The notes below the pieces were generated by a model. That model did not search any database and was not told where the DNA came from. It saw only the letters and a list, made by a program, of their open reading frames with translations. This document shows, piece by piece, positions 58,499 through 64,000 of a DNA stretch of 64,000 nucleotides. Source of the DNA: Patescibacteria group bacterium (lineage in GTDB: Bacteria; Patescibacteriota; Patescibacteriia; Magasanikbacterales; GWA2-37-8); the NCBI GenBank assembly GCA_041651015.1, contig JBAZKA010000004.1, positions 1,010 through 65,009 of the forward strand, read 5' to 3'. How positions within the stretch are numbered: the first letter of the stretch is position 1; every line of letters starts with the position of its first letter. The position numbers and the translations under genes were made by a program.

Positions 58499-60694
58499 CT
58501 ATTCTAAATGCGCAACATCTTCCCAGTTAGTTAACTTGGCCAACAATGATGGATACATTTTAATGTTGGGAGCAATAGCCACAGCTGCGTCACGAGATTT
58601 CTTAATTATTTCCCCGTCAGTTAATTTGGCCAAACGAAAGCGCATCATCCCGCTCTGAGCCGCGCCAAACACCTCGCCCGGACCGCGCGTTTCCAGATCA
58701 CGCTCCGCCAGTTTAAAACCATCCAAATGTTTTTCAAAAAATTCCAAACGCTCTTTTACCTTTTCAGTCGGCGAATCCGTAAAGACAAAACAATAAGATT
58801 GATGCATTGACCGTCCGACCCGTCCGCGGAACTGATGCAATTGCGCCAGCCCGAATCTGTCCGCGCCTTCAATCATCATGACCGTGGCATTGGGGATATC
58901 AATGCCCACCTCAATCACCGACGTGGAAACTAAAATATCAGTCTGTTTATTTTGAAATCTATTCATCACTGCTTCTTTTTCCGCCGGCTTCATTTTGCCG
59001 TGCAAAAATTCCACTTTTAAATCCGGAAAAACTTTCTCGGATAATTTTTTATATTCACTCAAAACGCTTTTGCGCTCGTCATTCACTGAAACATTCCCCA
59101 GCGGATAATTTATTATTTCAATTTCATCTGAGGATTTTTTCTTTTTTTCTTGTTCTTCAATCAAGGGACAGACCACAAACACCTGCCTCCCCTGCTTAAC
59201 TTGGGCGCGAATAAAGTCATACGCCTTATCACGGTTTTTTGGTTCCACAAATCGCGTCATAATCGGTTTTCTATCGTTCGGCATTTCCGTGAGCCGGGAC
59301 ACATCCAAGTCGCCGAACAGCGCGAGCGCGAGCGAGCGCGGAATGGGCGTGGCTGTCATACTCAAATAATGCGCGTCAATTTTTTCAGTTTTATCTTTAA
59401 TGGCTTTTCTTTGGGCCACGCCAAAACGGTGCTGTTCGTCAACCACAATTAAACCGACATCGTTAAATTCAATTTTCTCGCCGAGCAACGCATGCGTGCC
59501 GATGATAATTTTTACTTCATCATTTTTAATCGCTTCTATAACTCGTTTTTTAGTAGTAGCGAGCGGAAGAAATTTACTCCTGACGGCCATTGACGAGCCG
59601 CCTTCAGGCGGGGCGAAGTCACGGTCGGAAGGGGTTAATTTTTCCGCGAGCGACAAAGAATATTGCGACCGGGTCAACAACGCCATTGTCAATTTATCGC
59701 CCAAAAATTTATTGATGGTGGCATAATGTTGCGCGGCCAATATCTCGGTTGGCGCCATGATTACGGTTTGTTTGCCCGCCAGCGCCGTGTTGTAGGCAAC
59801 AATAGCCGCCACAATGGTTTTTCCAGAACCGACATCGCCCGAAAGCAACCGGTTCATGGGCGCGGATTTTTGCGTGTCGCGCAAAATTTCCCAAGCCGAC
59901 ATCTTTTGCGAAGGCGTCAGTTTGAATGGCAAACCAGAGACAAATTCTTTGACTTCTTTTTCATGAAAAATAATTTCCGTTGAATTGGAATCAAGCCGGA
60001 CGCGCCGGCTGAGTTCGGCTTTGAGTTGAACCAAAAATAATTCATCAAATTTAAGACGTTCGGTGGATATTCTTAATTCATTAACATCATTTGGAAAATG
60101 AATCCCGCGAATGGCGTCGCTAAGCGTTGCGAGATCATAATCATCCAAAATATTTTCCGGCAACCACTCATCAATTTTGTCGGCCAAAGGTATCACTTGC
60201 TGAATCAAAAATCTGATTTGCTTTTGCGTTAATCCTTCGGTAAGCGGATAAATCGGCACCAAGCGCGCGGTGTGCGCCGTGGCGCGAGTAGTTTCTTTTT
60301 CATAAGTCGGACTGGAGAACTGCGGCCCAAGCATATCGGCTTTCACTTTGCCGGATAAAAAAACCACATCACCCGGTTGTAAAACTTTGGCGATAAACGG
60401 CTGATTAAACCAGGTGGCGCGCACCGATCCTGATTCATCGGAAAAAAGCGCTTCGGTAATATTCACACGCTTGCGGAAACTCCGTTTGCTCGCAATTAGT
60501 TCCAACTTGGCGCGTATTGTCACTGCTTCCCCGTCGTGTAAATCTTTAATCGGGACAATCCGGCTATAATCCTCATACCTAAATGGAAACCAAAACAATA
60601 AATCCTCGGCTGTTTTGATGCCGAGGCGATTCAGACGCTTGGACGCGGACGCGCCAACGCGAGTAAGCGATGATACAGATGTGGCCAAATTCAT
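58499..60694 (-). CDS. recG: ATP-dependent DNA helicase RecG
   Basis: GDVGSGKT, DEQHRFG, TATPIPR, QFRGRVGR. Confidence 0.97.
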   Translation of the reverse strand: MNLATSVSSLTRVGASASKRLNRLGIKTAEDLLFWFPFRYEDYSRIVPIKDLHDGEAVTIRAKLELIASKRSFRKRVNITEALFSDESGSVRATWFNQPFIAKVLQPGDVVFLSGKVKADMLGPQFSSPTYEKETTRATAHTARLVPIYPLTEGLTQKQIRFLIQQVIPLADKIDEWLPENILDDYDLATLSDAIRGIHFPNDVNELRISTERLKFDELFLVQLKAELSRRVRLDSNSTEIIFHEKEVKEFVSGLPFKLTPSQKMSAWEILRDTQKSAPMNRLLSGDVGSGKTIVAAIVAYNTALAGKQTVIMAPTEILAAQHYATINKFLGDKLTMALLTRSQYSLSLAEKLTPSDRDFAPPEGGSSMAVRSKFLPLATTKKRVIEAIKNDEVKIIIGTHALLGEKIEFNDVGLIVVDEQHRFGVAQRKAIKDKTEKIDAHYLSMTATPIPRSLALALFGDLDVSRLTEMPNDRKPIMTRFVEPKNRDKAYDFIRAQVKQGRQVFVVCPLIEEQEKKKKSSDEIEIINYPLGNVSVNDERKSVLSEYKKLSEKVFPDLKVEFLHGKMKPAEKEAVMNRFQNKQTDILVSTSVIEVGIDIPNATVMMIEGADRFGLAQLHQFRGRVGRSMHQSYCFVFTDSPTEKVKERLEFFEKHLDGFKLAERDLETRGPGEVFGAAQSGMMRFRLAKLTDGEIIKKSRDAAVAIAPNIKMYPSLLAKLTNWEDVAHLE

Positions 60695-60774
60695 ATCCTA
60701 TAAATTATACCACATCAAAATCATTTGCAAATAAAAAAGCCCGCGCGCGCAAGAAGCGCGAAACGGGCCAAACA

Positions 60775-61254
60775 TCACTCCAAACAACCGAGAAGGGTTA
60801 CACGGATTTTTTTCGCCTCTTGATCAAACAAGGCGACGGCGCCATCCGCTAACTTCCACGGTTCGTAACCATAGTCATGCCATTTATTCAAAAAGGTAGC
60901 GTGAATCTGCCGGCAAACATGGTTAAACAAACTCATCGGCACCACAACGAACGAGGCATAAGCATCAGATCTCGCCACGGTATCGCAAATATCATAAACT
61001 ATATCTCCGAAACCCACATATTTTTGGTACCGATACTGCGGACAATTTTTCACCAATTCCCAGCCAAATTTTTCACACCGATCACCTGCCGGAACCAATA
61101 CACTTACGTTTTGCGGATTGCATAAAATCGGATAGATGCCTCTTTTCAATTCAACGATAAGCTGAGATTCATCATGGGAAAAATCATCATTTTTCAATGA
61201 GTCTGGAGGCGTAACAAGCTCGTGCGTAATTACAATAATTTTTCCTGGGCGCAT
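60775..61254 (-). CDS. Hypothetical protein (ORFan)
   Basis: ATG 61254 after AAGGAGG; TTGACA-17 nt-TATATT upstream. Confidence 0.65.
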   Translation of the reverse strand: MRPGKIIVITHELVTPPDSLKNDDFSHDESQLIVELKRGIYPILCNPQNVSVLVPAGDRCEKFGWELVKNCPQYRYQKYVGFGDIVYDICDTVARSDAYASFVVVPMSLFNHVCRQIHATFLNKWHDYGYEPWKLADGAVALFDQEAKKIRVTLLGCLE

Positions 61255-61339
61255 TATCGCCTCCTTTCTTTGGTTGTCAAAGTGATGAGTCAATATAACA
61301 TAAAACCGCCCTTTTGTCAAGAATAGGCGGTTTTTATTG

Positions 61340-61411
61340 TGCCCCTGAGAGGAATTGAACCTCTACTTCCAGCTTCGGAGGCTAGCGTTCTATCCGTTAA
61401 ACTACAGGGAC
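61340..61411 (-). tRNA. tRNA-Arg(CCG)
   Basis: gtccctg/caggggc acceptor, ctagc-ctCCGaa-gctgg anticodon arm, TTCAA T-loop. Confidence 0.92.
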
Positions 61412-61424
61412 TAAAGTAATATCC

Positions 61425-61474
61425 GCCCCGACGCAAGGTCGGGGCTCCGACTTCGCCTTCGGCGAACGTCGGAG
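61425..61474. repeat. Double hairpin (REP-like)
   Basis: gccccgac..gtcggggc plus ctccgac..gtcggag. Confidence 0.6.
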
Positions 61475-61497
61475 TTAAACTATGAGGACCAAACCCG

Positions 61498-62505
61498 TCA
61501 TAACAATCGTCGTAACGCGCGCAACAACTTATACAGCTTATACTTTCTCGGTGAAATAATCAAATCAAATGTGCCGGGCTGTTCGCGATACTCACCGCCG
61601 AATCCTTGTTTGAACCGGCTCACGCCTGCGTATTGGTGTTTGGCATTATATTCATATTCTTCACCACTCGCTTTTTCCACTTTCGGCGCTACCCCGAAAA
61701 AATCATAAAAGCGATAACCCGAACGCTGGCCGGTTTTGATTCCTTCCCATTGAATCAAATATGGCGCCATAAGCGAACGATAATTATAATCAGACGCGCC
61801 AAATAAATATGTAAATGTATCGCCAAATCCGGTAAACACGGCCGAAGCAATCGGCGTCGCTTGATAATACACTGTGAGCTGGCGGGACATCGGCGAAAAA
61901 ATAATTTCATGATAATGCCGGTCAACATGTAAACGAAATTTATCACGCTTGGCGGTTTCGCGCATGAGTCGCATAAATAAATCAGCGTCCTTGTCGTCTT
62001 TTACCACCAGACCTTTACGCTCGGCCAAATGAATATTATAGCGTGTCTTGGGATGCATTTTGTTGAGTAGATCCTCGGGCGTTTGCCGTAAATCCAAAAC
62101 AAACGTGGCGCGGGGATTAATATCAACAGAATGAAGAATACTGAATTTGGTATGTGGATCATTAATTGTATTGGCCGGCTCAAACCTTAAAAAAATACAT
62201 TTTTTTATTTTCAAGTACTCTGCAATTAATCGGTATGCTTCATTCAACATTCTACATTCTACATTCTTTTTAAACACCGGCCCGCGCGCGCAAAACGCGT
62301 ACCGCCAACCAAACGGTAATCTATGGTATTCAACCAAAGCCTCGGCCACGGGAGTCTCGTTGTCCAATATCGCCAGACGCTCAATTTCCTTGCCTTCGCG
62401 CGACAAGATTTCTTCCCATTCGTAAGATTGATTAAACGGCGCATCTTCGGCGTCTTCTTTGAGCCAGCTATTGACCATGTCAAATTGTGATTCAATTTTT
62501 ATCAT
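61498..62505 (-). CDS. FemAB/FemX/MurM family peptidoglycan bridge peptidyltransferase
   Basis: QSYEW, RGPV, KTRYNI, YLFGAS, YDFFG, FKQGFGG. Confidence 0.92.
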   Translation of the reverse strand: MIKIESQFDMVNSWLKEDAEDAPFNQSYEWEEILSREGKEIERLAILDNETPVAEALVEYHRLPFGWRYAFCARGPVFKKNVECRMLNEAYRLIAEYLKIKKCIFLRFEPANTINDPHTKFSILHSVDINPRATFVLDLRQTPEDLLNKMHPKTRYNIHLAERKGLVVKDDKDADLFMRLMRETAKRDKFRLHVDRHYHEIIFSPMSRQLTVYYQATPIASAVFTGFGDTFTYLFGASDYNYRSLMAPYLIQWEGIKTGQRSGYRFYDFFGVAPKVEKASGEEYEYNAKHQYAGVSRFKQGFGGEYREQPGTFDLIISPRKYKLYKLLRALRRLL

Positions 62506-62509
62506 AACA

Positions 62510-63469
62510 TTATAATATTTCCTTTAATTTCCGACCCAATTTAATGGCGCAAAGCCCGCCGTCATCGCGTTCAAAATCAAATTTTTCCACCCGCATGCCT
62601 AGTATATTATCATAATCACGCTCATACACAAACCAGCCACGCGATTCATAATATTTTTTTCGTTCTTCGGTTAACTCCGCGTCATTGGATAAAACCATAT
62701 CCAAGGGACGCGGTAAATACAATTGAATAGAGGAAATAAACTCGCTTAATTTCTCGGGGCCGGTTTCGCCGTTATTTTCTAATTTGTCGCCGGCAATATA
62801 AATAATTTTTGCTTTTGATTCGGCAATCGCTTCACTCATCCCATCCGGAAGCAATGACGCCACCACACTGGTATAAAAGCTACCAGGCCCAAGCAAAATA
62901 TAATCAGCGGACATGATCGCACGGCGAGCTTCTTCGTAAATTCGGCCAGACGGTTCCAGCCAAACTTTTTTGATTTTCAAATTTCTATCATATTTCGGGC
63001 GGTCTAAATTGGCTTCGCCTTTGATAATCTGCCCGTCAATTAATTCGGCCGTCAATTGGGTCGTCTCCAAAGTGGCGGGATAAACCCGGCCGACCGCTTC
63101 TACCGCTTGCCCCAACGCCTTGAGCGCGGCCATAAAATCACCGGTATAATGTTCGCTCAAAATCAAAAATAAATTTCCAAGGTTATGCCCGTCCAGTTGA
63201 TCAGTATCAGTAAAACGATTTTTATAAAATATTTGTTTCAATGTTGGATAATCGTATTTGGATAAAGCCAAAGTGGCGCGCATAATGTCGCCGGTCGGCA
63301 AACCGCGAAATTCTTCGCGTAAACGCCCGGACGACCCGCCTGAATCGCTCATGGCGATGATGCCGGTAATATCAAACAAATCAACGTTTTGTTTTAGCGC
63401 GACAAGCGAGACAGCCGACCCATTGCCGCCACCGAGTACCACAACACGCATTGATTTAGACTGAGACAT
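62510..63469 (-). CDS. yvcK: YvcK/GlmR (CofD-like) UDP-GlcNAc-binding protein
   Basis: GGGNG, DSGGSSGRLR, GHNLGNL, GPGSFYTS; adjacent to glmS. Confidence 0.9.
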   Translation of the reverse strand: MSQSKSMRVVVLGGGNGSAVSLVALKQNVDLFDITGIIAMSDSGGSSGRLREEFRGLPTGDIMRATLALSKYDYPTLKQIFYKNRFTDTDQLDGHNLGNLFLILSEHYTGDFMAALKALGQAVEAVGRVYPATLETTQLTAELIDGQIIKGEANLDRPKYDRNLKIKKVWLEPSGRIYEEARRAIMSADYILLGPGSFYTSVVASLLPDGMSEAIAESKAKIIYIAGDKLENNGETGPEKLSEFISSIQLYLPRPLDMVLSNDAELTEERKKYYESRGWFVYERDYDNILGMRVEKFDFERDDGGLCAIKLGRKLKEIL

Positions 63470-63471
63470 AC

Positions 63472-64000
63472 TTATTCAACAGTAACACTTTTCGCTAAAT
63501 TCCTCGGACGGTCAACGTCGCGCCCCAAAGCCACGGCTGTGTGATACGCAAATAATTGCAAAGGAACCGTATTCACCAGCGGTTCAAGTAATTCCATGGT
63601 TGGTGGAACATAAATCACATCATCGGCAAGATTTTTCACTTCGGCATCACCCTCGGTGGCAAGCAAAATAATCGGAGCATGGCGCGCTTTCACTTCCTCA
63701 ATATTGCTTCTCATTTTTTCGTAAAGCTGGTTTTTCGTCATAATGGCAAAAACCGGAAACTCGGGCGAGAGTAAAGCAATCGGTCCATGTTTCATTTCCC
63801 CGCCCGGATAGGCCTCGCTGTGAACATAGCTCACTTCTTTTAATTTGAGCGAGCCCTCCAGGGCCACGGGATAATTCACACCGCGCCCGAGGAAAAAATA
63901 ATTTTTATACTTTAAATATTTTTCCGCGATTATCTTTATCTGTTCTGATTGATTTAATACCATCATCATCTTGTCTGGAATTTCCAACAAAGCGGTAATC
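63472..64000 (-). CDS. glmS: Glutamine-fructose-6-phosphate transaminase (3' part only)
   Basis: EGSLKLKE, EMKHGP, PRNLAKSVTVE C-terminus. Confidence 0.97.
   Translation of the reverse strand, partial: ITALLEIPDKMMMVLNQSEQIKIIAEKYLKYKNYFFLGRGVNYPVALEGSLKLKEVSYVHSEAYPGGEMKHGPIALLSPEFPVFAIMTKNQLYEKMRSNIEEVKARHAPIILLATEGDAEVKNLADDVIYVPPTMELLEPLVNTVPLQLFAYHTAVALGRDVDRPRNLAKSVTVE

Overview
Chromosomal segment of a Patescibacteria (CPR/Parcubacteria-like) bacterium. This assignment is inferred from gene content, compact SD-poor housekeeping genes and CPR-type pilin/cohesin proteins; the genetic code is standard. Housekeeping genes are trxA, infB, truB, rny, two HU genes, metK, tsaD, mutM, dnaE, pheST, rseP, lemA, htpX, PMM/PGM, clpC, radA, recG, a FemABX-family gene, yvcK, partial glmS and three tRNAs. 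They are interspersed with ORFan cassettes and many palindromic or short tandem repeats. Highlights: (1) A five-gene secreted cluster (30.5-38.7 kb) looks like a complete fimbrial system: giant tip adhesin and small subunit sharing a domain, a membrane chaperone-like protein, a donor-strand-plus-dockerin adaptor and a membrane-anchored cohesin. (2) A GxxExxY nuclease gene bracketed by 35-bp inverted repeats splits lemA-htpX, and a gene-less copy of the same ends lies at 8.0 kb. (3) Repeat elements are inserted in frame in TruB, TsaD, RadA, RecG, the FemABX protein and probably PheT. (4) A modular adhesin of at least 2,499 aa, absent from the ORF track, runs off the left edge. (5) A candidate 6S RNA lies upstream of rny. 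(6) A pilin/lytic transglycosylase fusion sits next to a DsbA-like protein lacking CxxC. All calls come from reading the sequence by eye; no searches were run.
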